A program made the position numbers and the translations under genes. A stretch of 64,000 nucleotides of DNA, taken from Bradymonadia bacterium. GTDB lineage: Bacteria; Myxococcota_A; Bradymonadia; UBA7976; UBA1532. This document shows positions 44,564-54,332 of this stretch, piece by piece. The stretch lies in NCBI GenBank assembly GCA_046290225.1, contig JBKAGE010000037.1:192001-256000 (forward strand), written 5' to 3'. The notes under the pieces were generated by a model. It was given only the letters and a program-made list of their open reading frames with translations, searched no databases and was not told the origin of the DNA. How positions within the stretch are numbered: position 1 is the first letter of the stretch; the number at the start of each line of letters is the position of its first letter.

Positions 44564-45940
44564 ATGCGTTGCTGCCGACACATACTTGTCCTGCTGGTGG
44601 CCCTGCTGGGCTGCGCGAGCTGTGCCGAAGAGGTCGTCTCTGATGCCATGACGCCTCGACCTGAGCGTGATGCATCTCTGGTGGGCTTCCCAGATGCCTA
44701 CGTCTCCACATCAGATGCACAACTGCTCGATGGGGATGTGTTTGACCAGGGCGGGCCCGATGATGGTCCGGATGCTGATCGCACAGACGCCGATCTCACA
44801 GATGCCGATCTCACAGATGCCGATCTCACTGCCGACGCCCGCGTGATCACTGATGCAGGCCCGGTGCTGCCAGACTTCGGCCCCGAGAGCCCCGCATGCA
44901 CAGCCTCCGATCTCGATGGTGACGGCTTCGGCACGCACAGCAGCTGTCAGCGCCTCGACTGCGACGATCGCAACGCCGCGGTGTTCCCTGGCGCCGCCGA
45001 GGCCTGTGACGGCCGCGACGATGACTGCGACGCCCGCATCGACGAAGGGCTCTTCACCGCCCGGTGCGGTGAGGGCGCGTGCGCGCGAGAGGTGCCCAAC
45101 TGCCTCGACGGCCGCCCGAACCGTTGTGAGCCCGGCGAGCCCTCACCCGAGCAATGCAACGGTGAAGATGATGACTGCGACGGCCTCGTCGACGAAGAAG
45201 CTGATGGGCCACCGTGTGGCGTCGGCGTATGCACTCGCGAGGCATTCTGCGATGGCGAGAGGGGCCGAGTGTGCACTCCAGGAGCGCCCTCACCTGAGCA
45301 GTGCAACGGCGAAGACGACGATTGCGACGGCCTCACTGACGAAGGCCTGTCCGGCGCTGAGGTGCGTCAGCTCAGCTACGAGCGAGATCTGCAACCCGAG
45401 CACGACGGCTGCAGCGGCGTGGGCCTCGCAGGGCGTGTCAGCCCGGACTGCAATGCCGCCATCAACCGCTTCTGCAGCGCGGTCGATTGCCGCGACACGG
45501 GCTTTGGTCCGGTGGAGAACAGCGGCGACATCTCTGTGGTGACCTGCCTCTCGGTGGCCCGTGTGCTGGAGCTCTCCTTCGAGACCCTCAGCGCGCAACA
45601 TCCGGGCTGTCGCGCCGGCGCACCGGTTCAGAGTCCGGACTGCAACGCCGCCATCCACCGCTGGTGCAGCCGCAATGGCTACGTGAGCGGCTTCGGCCCC
45701 CTCGAGGTGGGCCCTGACGCCGCTCGGGTCGCATGCGTCAGTGACGGCGCTCAGGTCTTCGAGGGTCGCTACTCGACCTTGCGCACAATGCACCCGATCT
45801 GTGACGGGGCCACCCAGCGTATGGGCCCGGAGTGCAATGCGGCCATTCACCGCTGGTGTGCAGATCAGGGCTTCGCCAGTGGCTTCGGGCCCATCGAGAA
45901 CAATGGTGATCTCGCCTTCCTGACCTGTGTCGCCCGCTGA
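44564..45940 (+). CDS. Cys-rich lipoprotein with MopE-type metal-binding repeats and three C-terminal CNAAIHRWC-SGFGP repeats
   Basis: Lipobox-like LLGC/CASC; DADLT repeats; E.C(D/N)G.DDDCD three times; three ~57-aa repeats. Confidence 0.8.
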   Translation: MRCCRHILVLLVALLGCASCAEEVVSDAMTPRPERDASLVGFPDAYVSTSDAQLLDGDVFDQGGPDDGPDADRTDADLTDADLTDADLTADARVITDAGPVLPDFGPESPACTASDLDGDGFGTHSSCQRLDCDDRNAAVFPGAAEACDGRDDDCDARIDEGLFTARCGEGACAREVPNCLDGRPNRCEPGEPSPEQCNGEDDDCDGLVDEEADGPPCGVGVCTREAFCDGERGRVCTPGAPSPEQCNGEDDDCDGLTDEGLSGAEVRQLSYERDLQPEHDGCSGVGLAGRVSPDCNAAINRFCSAVDCRDTGFGPVENSGDISVVTCLSVARVLELSFETLSAQHPGCRAGAPVQSPDCNAAIHRWCSRNGYVSGFGPLEVGPDAARVACVSDGAQVFEGRYSTLRTMHPICDGATQRMGPECNAAIHRWCADQGFASGFGPIENNGDLAFLTCVAR

Positions 45941-45995
45941 TCCTCCACCGGGCCAACGACCACCACGTGCACATGGCCCCCCACCCTCGGGAGCA

Positions 45996-47084
45996 ATGTG
46001 GCGACAGTGGGTACGCCTCACCTTCACCTGGTTGCGCACATGGCCTGGGATCGTGTGCCTCGTGTGTGTGGTGCTCATCGCTGGTCTCATCTTCGGCGCC
46101 AGGGCGGTGCTCGACGAAGAGGCCCCGACGACGTGCGGTGAGGGGGCGAGGTGCACCGTGGGCACGCACTTCGTGCACCGCGGAGATACAGCCAACGGCA
46201 CGCGCCGCTTCGACACCTATGGCTGCGCCCCAGGTAAAGACGAGTCGGGGCCGGAGCTGATCTATCCGCTCGACGTGGCAGAGGACGGGTTTCTCGCCCT
46301 GGAGCTCAGCGCGTTGGACGACGGTGCTGACGTCGACATCCACCTGCTCAGCGCAGAAGATCCGCAAAGATGCCTCGCCCGAGGGCACTGGCGCCTCGGG
46401 CGGTGGCTGACCGCCGGTCGCTATTGGGTGGTGGCAGACACCTGGGTCGATGGCTCGGGCAAGGCGCACTCAGGGGCTTTCACCCTCACAGGTCATCTCA
46501 CCACCGCCGCCGATCTCGAAGGTGCAGGGATGGGCCCTCAGGTGGCCTCCGAGGCGCTGTATGCCCTGGGCGTAGGGTGGGCCGATACAGAAACCAAGCG
46601 CTTCGATTATGCCATCACCGACTTCTCGAGGCCTTCGTCCGAAGCGCGACTCTGGATCTTCGATCTGCTCACTGGCGAGCAGCTGTGGCGACTGCACGTC
46701 ACCCATGGCTCCGCCTCTTCTGATCCTGATGACGCCACCCGAGCGGTGACGTTCTCGAACATCCCCGAGAGCCATCAGTCCAGCCTGGGCATGATCCGCA
46801 CCGCAGAGTCCTATGTGGGTGAGTATGGCGTCTCTCACCGCCTCGATGGCCTGGAGGAAGGCTTCAACGACAACGTGCGCCGCCGATTCATCGTGTTGCA
46901 CCCCTGGGCGGGCAGCCGGCCGGCCTATGTGAAGGCCCATGGCATGACAGCCCCGAGTTGGGGGTGTGCAGCCATTGACGACGAGGTGGCCCCCGAGGTG
47001 GTCGCTCGCCTCGCAAACGGCGCGCTGATGTTGTTCTGGCATCCGGAGAGCGAATGGCATCGTCGCTCGAAATACATGCCATGA
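45996..47084 (+). CDS. L,D-transpeptidase (YkuD_2-like) with N-terminal TM and PPC-like domain, copy 1
   Basis: TDFSRPSSEARLWIFD, VTHG, SSLG, RLDGLEEGFNDN, IVLHPW, SWGC catalytic His/Cys. Confidence 0.85.
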   Translation: MWRQWVRLTFTWLRTWPGIVCLVCVVLIAGLIFGARAVLDEEAPTTCGEGARCTVGTHFVHRGDTANGTRRFDTYGCAPGKDESGPELIYPLDVAEDGFLALELSALDDGADVDIHLLSAEDPQRCLARGHWRLGRWLTAGRYWVVADTWVDGSGKAHSGAFTLTGHLTTAADLEGAGMGPQVASEALYALGVGWADTETKRFDYAITDFSRPSSEARLWIFDLLTGEQLWRLHVTHGSASSDPDDATRAVTFSNIPESHQSSLGMIRTAESYVGEYGVSHRLDGLEEGFNDNVRRRFIVLHPWAGSRPAYVKAHGMTAPSWGCAAIDDEVAPEVVARLANGALMLFWHPESEWHRRSKYMP

Positions 47085-47100
47085 CGCACTCAGGTGGTGC

Positions 47101-48327
47101 TCAGGTTGCCTCCTGAACACCACGGCGCGCGACGCCGGCCAGGGCGAGCCAGCCCAACCCCCCGACAACCCAACACACCCACGCGCCGGCGGTGGGCGAG
47201 CCCACGTGGTCAATCACCACGCCCGAGACGAGGGCCATGACCGCCTGTGTGCCGCTGAACGCCAGGAAGTCGAAGGCAGTGACTCGACCGAGGATGGGCC
47301 CCGGCGTACTGGCTTGCATCTGCGCAGTCGAGGACACCCAGTTGTGCCCGCTCCCTGCACCCCAGAGCACGAGCGCCGGCAGCGCGATCCACGGTGTGTC
47401 GAACACCAGGAAGAGCGCCACCCCGATCAAGCCAAGCGGCGTGCTTCGATTGGCGACCCTCGCCAGCCAGCGCTCGGGGAGCAGCGGCCCGATCCCAGTA
47501 CCCACAGCACGCAGCATGTTGAACAGCCCGAGGGCCATGGCTGCGCCCAGTGCCGGCAGGCGGGTCTCGGCGAGCAGGCTCATGGTGACCCAGGCCCCGG
47601 CGTTGGCTGCAGCCATGGGGCTCTTCGCGAGCAATGCCACACAGACCAGGGGTCTCGGGCGCGCGAAACGCCACGCCACCCACATCTGCTTGAGGCCCGG
47701 CCGTGGCTGCCCGGCGCCTGCTCGGCCCTCACTCGGGGGCAACGGCGGCAAGCCCCACACCACGGCAGCAGCGCACACAAAGGTGAGCGCGTCGAGCAAG
47801 ATGGCCTCGCCGGGGCCGAGCAGCGCGGCCAGCACACCCCCAAGGGCAGTGCCGGCGGCGAAGAGTACGCTCCAGGTGAGGCCCAGCAAGGCATTGGCGA
47901 TGTGCAGCTCTTCGGCAGAGACCAGACTCGGGATCGCCGCGGTCCGCGCAGTCATCCCCAGGCCCGACACCAGCACCCGAGCCACCAACAGCCCCTGCAC
48001 CAGCGCCACGCTGCCGCTCTCCGCCGCCTGCCACATGGCCAGAGTGACGAGACCAGCGACGCAGTAAGCCCCCATGAGCAGCCGGCGTCTGTCGAACCGG
48101 TCGGCCAGGGGGCCGGAGATGGGCGACATGAGGGCCAGGGGCAGGGTGTGGGCCACCATCACCATGGCCACCGAGACCGCGCTCCCGCCCTGCTTCACGG
48201 AGATGAGGCTCACTGCCACATAGCTCAGCCAGTCCCCGAGCATGGAGATCATGTTGCTGATCCACAGCCGCCTCAGCGGCCTGTTGTGGCGAATCAGCTG
48301 GCCAAAGGCTCTCAGATCTCTCGACAC
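47101..48327 (-). CDS. MFS transporter
   Basis: About 12 TMs; GPLADRFDRRRL motif A; TPGPILGRV. Confidence 0.9.
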   Translation of the reverse strand: MSRDLRAFGQLIRHNRPLRRLWISNMISMLGDWLSYVAVSLISVKQGGSAVSVAMVMVAHTLPLALMSPISGPLADRFDRRRLLMGAYCVAGLVTLAMWQAAESGSVALVQGLLVARVLVSGLGMTARTAAIPSLVSAEELHIANALLGLTWSVLFAAGTALGGVLAALLGPGEAILLDALTFVCAAAVVWGLPPLPPSEGRAGAGQPRPGLKQMWVAWRFARPRPLVCVALLAKSPMAAANAGAWVTMSLLAETRLPALGAAMALGLFNMLRAVGTGIGPLLPERWLARVANRSTPLGLIGVALFLVFDTPWIALPALVLWGAGSGHNWVSSTAQMQASTPGPILGRVTAFDFLAFSGTQAVMALVSGVVIDHVGSPTAGAWVCWVVGGLGWLALAGVARRGVQEAT

Positions 48328-48440
48328 GCTCTTCCCGGCTCCGTGTGTGCGGTGCGTAGAGGATGGAACAGCCAGCGAAGGGTTGCTCGATCCTGCTCAT
48401 GTGTGCTGTTGTCACCCCACTGTAGATCAGGAGGTGTGAC

Positions 48441-49742
48441 ATGGCAGACGCGCGACCGTGCTTCAGGTCCCCCGCGGCGCTGACCCTCAATGCCGCGCTG
48501 CTCGCAGCTCTGCCATGGATGACCTCAGGATGTGACGACGGCGATACGGCATCTGCGGGCGAGCCTCCTGCAGCATCTGCAGCCCCTGACGCCACAGTGA
48601 AGATGCCCGGCGACGAGGTCGACAGGGCCCCTGAACAAGATGCTCTGCCCAACGACCCGCCCACACCAGATGCGCCCATAGACGACGCAGGGCGCATGGA
48701 TGCTCCGGACGATCCGCCGCCTGATGAGCCGCAGCCTGACGAGCCACCACCCGATGAGCCTCCACCAGATATGCCCCCGCCTGAGGCTTGCCCAGAGGGG
48801 GTGATCTGCCTCGAGGGGCCTGACTTCGAGCATCGCGGCGACACCACCCATGCCGCGCGCCGATTCGATGCCTACGGGTGTGCCCCCGACACAGATGAGT
48901 CGGGCCCCGAGGTGATGTACCGGCTCGACCTCGCCGAGGGGGGCTTCCTTGCCCTGGAGCTCGGCGACATGCAGATGGGCGCTGACGTCGACATCCACCT
49001 GCTCGAGGCTGATGATCCTACAGCCTGCATCGACCGCGGACACTGGCGCGCAGGCCAGTGGCTGCCGGCGGGGCGCTACTGGCTGGTGGCCGACACCTGG
49101 GTCGACGAGGTGGGCACGGCATACCCGGGGGCGTACACCCTCACCGGGCACCTCACCACAGCAGCCGATCTCGAAGCTGAGGGCATCGCCCCCCAACTGG
49201 CCTCTGATGCGCTGTATGCCTTCGGTGTGGGCTGGTCGAGAGAAGAGACCGCCCGCTTCGACTACGCCATCATCGACTTCTCGATGCACTCTTCCGATGC
49301 GCGACAGTGGGTCTTCGACCTGCTCACGGGTGACTTGCTCTGGCGCCTGCACGTGGCCCACGGCGAGGCCTCGTCCGATCCGAACGATCCAGCATGGTCG
49401 GTGGTGTTCTCGAACATCCCCGAGAGTCATCAATCCAGCCTGGGCATGATCCGTACAGCGGAATCCTATGTGGGCGACTGGGGCATCTCCTACCGCCTCG
49501 ACGGCCTCGAGCCAGGCTTCAACGACAACGTGCGCCGTCGAGACATCGTCATGCATCCCTGGGAAGAGAGTCGGCCAGAGTACGTGAACACGCACGGCAT
49601 CACAGGCACCACCTGGGGCTGTCCGGGGATAGACGATCGCGTCGCCCCTGCGGTGGTGGATCGTCTCGCAGACGGTACGCTGATGTTCTTCTGGCACCCG
49701 GGGAGTAACTGGCACCGCCAATCTGCGTATATTCCTCGGTAG
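48441..49742 (+). CDS. L,D-transpeptidase (YkuD_2-like) lipoprotein with Pro/Asp linker and PPC-like domain, copy 2
   Basis: AGGAGG RBS; lipobox TSGC; IIDFS, VAHG, SSLG, RLDGLEPGFNDN, IVMHPW, TWGC; close paralogue of 45996..47084. Confidence 0.85.
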   Translation: MADARPCFRSPAALTLNAALLAALPWMTSGCDDGDTASAGEPPAASAAPDATVKMPGDEVDRAPEQDALPNDPPTPDAPIDDAGRMDAPDDPPPDEPQPDEPPPDEPPPDMPPPEACPEGVICLEGPDFEHRGDTTHAARRFDAYGCAPDTDESGPEVMYRLDLAEGGFLALELGDMQMGADVDIHLLEADDPTACIDRGHWRAGQWLPAGRYWLVADTWVDEVGTAYPGAYTLTGHLTTAADLEAEGIAPQLASDALYAFGVGWSREETARFDYAIIDFSMHSSDARQWVFDLLTGDLLWRLHVAHGEASSDPNDPAWSVVFSNIPESHQSSLGMIRTAESYVGDWGISYRLDGLEPGFNDNVRRRDIVMHPWEESRPEYVNTHGITGTTWGCPGIDDRVAPAVVDRLADGTLMFFWHPGSNWHRQSAYIPR

Positions 49743-49845
49743 ACAGCACCTTACCCCCCCGCCCAAAACGCCCCGCGCCGTACGTTGCGAGACACCCGGC
49801 ATTGTGTGTAGAACGCCTTCATGTCCGCCCTGAGGAGAGACGCTC

Positions 49846-52599
49846 ATGAGATCTGTTCGATTGCCCACCTCCACCCTGCCAGTGTTGCTGGCGATGACGC
49901 TGCTCGCGTGTGACGACGGCGACAGTACAGGCGGGGATGGCAACACCCCGGACATGGGCCCCGCCGCCGGTGCAGGCGGTGATCCAGGAGGCTCTGGCGG
50001 CGCCGCAGGTATGGGTGGAGACCCAGGTGGCGACGGCGGCGCTGGTGGTGTCGCTGGCATGGGTGGGGATCCTGGCGGTGCCGGCGGCATGGCCGGCGAC
50101 CCCGGCGGCGCTGGTGGTATGGGTGGAGACCCGGGTGGCGCAGGCGGCATGGGCGGTGCTCCCGGCGGCGCAGGCGGCATGGGCGGTGCTGGCGGCATGG
50201 GTGGGGACCCAGGCGGCGCCGGTGGTATGGGGGGTATGGGCGGAGCGCCTGGTGGCGCTGGTGGCATGGGGGGTATGCCCTTCGACGACCGCTCACAGCC
50301 CTTCGAACCTGGCGCCACCCTCATCATGTCCGATGACACCGAAGGGCGCATCGCGTGGCTCAACGACGGCGGTCAGCTCAACACCCTGCCCGTCACCCTC
50401 GACGAAGAGGGCCAGCCGGTCCTCGGCGAGGCCGGCGCAGAGCTCGTGGGGCTGGTCCCCGATCAGCAGCTTCAGCCCCTCGTCGGCGCCCACATCCCCG
50501 AGGGCCCGTGGTGGTTCTTCACTGTGGACGACAGCACCGGGCAGATTCAGGCCATCAACCTCGATGACGCCCAGCCTGAAGCCCGCCTGAACTTCGATCT
50601 CGAGCCCGACACCTCAAGGGGCTTTCCCGAGATCCGCGTGGCCACTCACCCCAACGGTCAGATTCTGGTGATGGGTCGGCGCCCCACTGATGAAGACGAC
50701 AGCCGCTTCCGCCCGCGCCCCATGGCCTGGCAGCTGATCAGCGCCGAGGGTGAGATCGGACCGCAGTACACCGACACCAACAGCATGGGGGTGCCCCAGG
50801 GCATCGTGCCCGGCCTCGACGGCTTCGTGCTGCACTGGCCCTATGGCACCTGTGCCACCCTGCCCTGGCCCGCAGAGCGCATTGGCGCGTCGTGGGGATG
50901 TGGCCCTCACAGCGGCGGTGATGTCGTCTCCGACGCGCAGAACACCCTGGCCACCCTGGCCCTCACGGAGGAAGGCCTCACAGTGGGCATCTCCACCCCC
51001 GGGCGCGTCGACGACACCCCTGATCTCGTGGAGGGCTTCGCCGCTCTCGGCCATCTCACCTCGTCACACAGCGGCGAGGCGCTCCTCATCGGCGAGCAGG
51101 CAGAAGCCAGCCGCCTGATTTGGGCGAACGGTGGCGGTGTGGCTGTGCACGATCCCCAGAGCGCCCACCCCCTCGGCGTGCTCGCCATCGGCGAGGCACC
51201 TGCACAGGTGGTCTTCTGGGATGGTGAACTCATGGGCATCCACCCTCTCCTCGAGGCAGAAGCCTCTGTGGCCGTCGAGGCCGTCGAGGCCGTCGAGGGG
51301 TGCCAGATCAGCCCCGAAGACTGCAGCGACGCGGATCGCGACTGTGATGGCGAGCCCAACAACGGCGTGTGTTGCTTGCAGAGCGACGGCGCCGAGCAGA
51401 GTTTCGCCAACGGCATCCTCGCCGGCACCTCCGACAGCCCGCCCATCCCCACCCTCTTCGAGGCCGGCATCGACGGCACTGCGATTTTGATGGCCACGGA
51501 GCAGGACAGCCTCGAGTCCCTCGACGTGGTCATGCTCCGCTGGACCCCAGGCGTGTTCCCTGAAGAGGGTGGCGACGTCAGCCGCGTGGCCCGCTGGTCC
51601 GGCGCCGCCGTGCCGAGCATCCTCCGCACCGATGACTCCGGCGACACCGTCGTGATCATCGCCGAGAACGATCTGGTCGGCGGCCGCCAGCAGGTGGCAC
51701 TCTGGGGTTTCCGTCAGCCAGATGGCACCTGGCAGGCAGAGGCCCGCTCGACCCCCTGTGACGAGACCGACGTTCGCCTGAGCATCTTCCAGCCCACCCT
51801 GGACGTGCAGTTCATCGCCCCAGGTGTCGCGCGGTTCTATTGCGCCAACGACGCCCGCGACGTTGTAGGCGCTGACTATCTCTCTCGCCCTGGGCAGCGC
51901 CCACTCCCCATGGAGTACACCGCCCGCGCCTACCCCGACGAGCGAGTGTTCCGCTGGATGGTTCGCCGCCGGATCAGCATCGACGGCGCGCCGCAGTGGG
52001 TGCTGCTCACCAGTGATGGCGATCTCGACAACGACGTCGACTTCACGCTCCGTCTGTGGGGTGAAGATCGAGAGAGCATCCTGAGCCCGATCCAGAACGA
52101 TACCCTCGATCTCCTCAACGCCACCATGAGCTGGGAAGAGCTTCGGGAGCCGATGTTCCTGCCCATGGAGCCTGGAGGCCCTCTGCTTCGAGCTCGAGGT
52201 CCTGCCAACAGATGGATCGAGGTCTGGATCGAGGGGTACGGCTGGCTGCCCCTCTCGAGCTCTCGCTGGCCCGAGGCGTCGATCATCGTCCCCGACGAGC
52301 CCCTCGCCTATTCGCTGGGCTACATCGACGATCCTGGTCAAGGGCTGTGCAACGACTGTCCGATGGCGCTGTTCGCCCACGACCTGCGCCCTGGAGGCAA
52401 CTGGTGGGGGCGCCCGCTGCAGGATGATCTCGAAGAAGAGTTCATCCCCTTCGATTATCAGGGGCTTGCCCTCACAGGATACCCCTCAGGCGGCGAGCAG
52501 GCCTCGGTGGTCCGCCTGCAATCTGTCGATACACTGGAGGCCTTCCGCATCCACTTCGACGGTTATGTCTCAGAGTGTCCCCCTTCGAGACAAGACTGA
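49846..52599 (+). CDS. Large lipoprotein with GGAGGMGGDP Gly-rich tether
   Basis: AGGAG RBS; lipobox LLAC; Gly-rich repeats near 49975-50275; beta-rich acidic body with one MopE-like Cys motif. Confidence 0.8.
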   Translation: MRSVRLPTSTLPVLLAMTLLACDDGDSTGGDGNTPDMGPAAGAGGDPGGSGGAAGMGGDPGGDGGAGGVAGMGGDPGGAGGMAGDPGGAGGMGGDPGGAGGMGGAPGGAGGMGGAGGMGGDPGGAGGMGGMGGAPGGAGGMGGMPFDDRSQPFEPGATLIMSDDTEGRIAWLNDGGQLNTLPVTLDEEGQPVLGEAGAELVGLVPDQQLQPLVGAHIPEGPWWFFTVDDSTGQIQAINLDDAQPEARLNFDLEPDTSRGFPEIRVATHPNGQILVMGRRPTDEDDSRFRPRPMAWQLISAEGEIGPQYTDTNSMGVPQGIVPGLDGFVLHWPYGTCATLPWPAERIGASWGCGPHSGGDVVSDAQNTLATLALTEEGLTVGISTPGRVDDTPDLVEGFAALGHLTSSHSGEALLIGEQAEASRLIWANGGGVAVHDPQSAHPLGVLAIGEAPAQVVFWDGELMGIHPLLEAEASVAVEAVEAVEGCQISPEDCSDADRDCDGEPNNGVCCLQSDGAEQSFANGILAGTSDSPPIPTLFEAGIDGTAILMATEQDSLESLDVVMLRWTPGVFPEEGGDVSRVARWSGAAVPSILRTDDSGDTVVIIAENDLVGGRQQVALWGFRQPDGTWQAEARSTPCDETDVRLSIFQPTLDVQFIAPGVARFYCANDARDVVGADYLSRPGQRPLPMEYTARAYPDERVFRWMVRRRISIDGAPQWVLLTSDGDLDNDVDFTLRLWGEDRESILSPIQNDTLDLLNATMSWEELREPMFLPMEPGGPLLRARGPANRWIEVWIEGYGWLPLSSSRWPEASIIVPDEPLAYSLGYIDDPGQGLCNDCPMALFAHDLRPGGNWWGRPLQDDLEEEFIPFDYQGLALTGYPSGGEQASVVRLQSVDTLEAFRIHFDGYVSECPPSRQD

Positions 52600-52770
52600 C
52601 TCATTCCAAGCCAACAACGCATCTACCTTCTGTATCCTCTTATCTCTCCAACCCGACCACCGAGCTGTAGGTCCGCCCTAAATTACGAGAAGTGATGGGG
52701 TTCTCTCACAACACCTCATTTGAGTGAGAAAAGCGTTGCGTTCTCACAACCCCCGGGTAAGTATGCGCGC

Positions 52771-52830
52771 GGCTGGCCGGCTTCGATACCCTGCCCCGCC
52801 CCCCACTTCGGAGTCGGTCAGCCACTTTAA
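52771..52830 (+). ncRNA. Candidate small RNA or structured element: 16-bp stem with C-rich 21-nt loop
   Basis: GGCTGGCCGGCTTCGA pairs with TCGGAGTCGGTCAGCC; the only non-Watson-Crick pairs are three G-U on the + strand; followed by ACTTTAA. Confidence 0.4.
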
Positions 52831-52860
52831 TCCAAGCAAAACTCGATAGTCATCAGTATC

Positions 52861-52909
52861 ATACATCTACAGTGCACCCATCCACAGTATCGCACTGTGT
52901 AGATTGTAT
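52861..52909 (-). terminator. Imperfect AT-rich hairpin just downstream of the histidine kinase stop
   Basis: ATACATCTACAGTGC...GCACTG[TG]TAGAT[T]GTAT; no clear U-tract. Confidence 0.3.
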
Positions 52910-52918
52910 ACATACGCT

Positions 52919-54331
52919 CTATTCGGTGGTCGAGTCTGCTTTTGGACGTGGCGGCAGCCAGAGGTGAGCAGCTGTACCCCCTCCCTCTCTTCGCTCCAAT
53001 CTGAGCGTACCCTCATGGGCATCTGCGATCTCACGGCACAATGAGAGGCCCAGCCCGCTGCTTCTCTTCTTCGTCGAATAAAACGGCAACAACGCCTGAT
53101 GCATCACCTCGTCGCTCATGCCCCGACCACGGTCGAGCACTGACAACCTGACGCCCCCATCACGTGTACTTTCGACAGAGAGGGCGACCTCTTCAGGCGC
53201 TGAGTCCGACTCGCTGGCGTTCTTGATGAGGTTGATCAAGGCCTGTTGAATCTGGGCTTCGTCGAGCCAGCCGGGCTGCTCAGGTGTCTCACCGATGAGG
53301 CGGCACTGTTGCAGCTCGATCAACTTCGACAAAAACGGGCCCCACTCCACAGGCTTACGCTCTGGAGGCGCGAGCCTGGCAAAACGGGCATACCCTTCAA
53401 GAAAGGTGAGCAAATGCCGGGTCCGGTCTTCGATCACATCGAAGATGCGCACCAGCTTGTCTGCATGGGCGGGCTTGTCGAGGACCAACCGGGCGGAATG
53501 GATCAAAGACGAAACCGGCGCCAGAGAGTTGTTCAACTCGTGACTGATGACCCGAATCATCTTCTTCCAGATGGCCACCTCCTGACGGCTCAGCTCTTTG
53601 GTGAGCTGCTTGATCAGGTACATGGTGTAGCGATGCTGGTTGAGATCGAAGAAGGGCGTACTCACATGATACGCCTGCTCCTGGTCGCCCTGGGCCACAG
53701 TGAACAGCTCGTCGGCCTGGTTCCTCACGGCGTTGGCCATGTCATCGGGGCACCGCGCGAGGACAGCGGCGAAATCCTGGCCATGGAGCGCCTGGCCCTG
53801 AGCGAGCAAATCGTCAGCGGTTCGGTTGGCGATGACCACCTGCCCTCGATAATCACACACCACCACGGCGAGGGGCGCAGCATCGAGCACGGTCTCAAGC
53901 AAGTTGCGCTGGGTCCACCCCTCTGAGAGCTGAGCGGAGATGGCCTCCAGGGCAGCATTGAACAGCTCACCCTCAGGGTGTGTCTCGGGCAATGTGAGGG
54001 TGTCGCCCTGATGACCGCGACTCAAATCATTGAATGCCTGTAACCGGGCGGCCTCTTGTGCGGTGATCTGCCCCATGATCATGCGCGCTCGCCACAAGAC
54101 CACAGCGCCTGCTCCAGCGCCGATGACTGTTCCTGCCCAAAAGGGCCACCCCAAGGCAGCGCTCATGGTGGTGCACCCGAGCACGGCGAGCACCCCCACG
54201 GCGGCCAGCATCCACATCTGTCGGCCGAGTACGCTCGCTGGCGGATCGGGATCAGGTCGCTGCTCAATGGCTGCCTGAATGATCTGCTGGGTGATGGGCT
54301 GGGTGGGGATCCCGCGCTCGCGCATGCTCAC
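52919..54331 (-). CDS. Membrane sensor histidine kinase with PAS domain (NtrY/NtrB-like)
   Basis: Two TMs; PAS; RVISHELNNSLAP; QALINLIKNA, DRGRG, PFYSTK, SGLGL. Confidence 0.92.
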   Translation of the reverse strand: MSMRERGIPTQPITQQIIQAAIEQRPDPDPPASVLGRQMWMLAAVGVLAVLGCTTMSAALGWPFWAGTVIGAGAGAVVLWRARMIMGQITAQEAARLQAFNDLSRGHQGDTLTLPETHPEGELFNAALEAISAQLSEGWTQRNLLETVLDAAPLAVVVCDYRGQVVIANRTADDLLAQGQALHGQDFAAVLARCPDDMANAVRNQADELFTVAQGDQEQAYHVSTPFFDLNQHRYTMYLIKQLTKELSRQEVAIWKKMIRVISHELNNSLAPVSSLIHSARLVLDKPAHADKLVRIFDVIEDRTRHLLTFLEGYARFARLAPPERKPVEWGPFLSKLIELQQCRLIGETPEQPGWLDEAQIQQALINLIKNASESDSAPEEVALSVESTRDGGVRLSVLDRGRGMSDEVMHQALLPFYSTKKRSSGLGLSLCREIADAHEGTLRLERREGGGTAAHLWLPPRPKADSTTE

Positions 54332-54332
54332 G

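Noticed and set aside
52776..52806. TTCGATA...CCA resembling a tRNA T-arm and 3' end (possible att site)
   Set aside because: The T-stem does not pair, no cloverleaf can be drawn and no integrase is nearby; a simple long hairpin explains it better.
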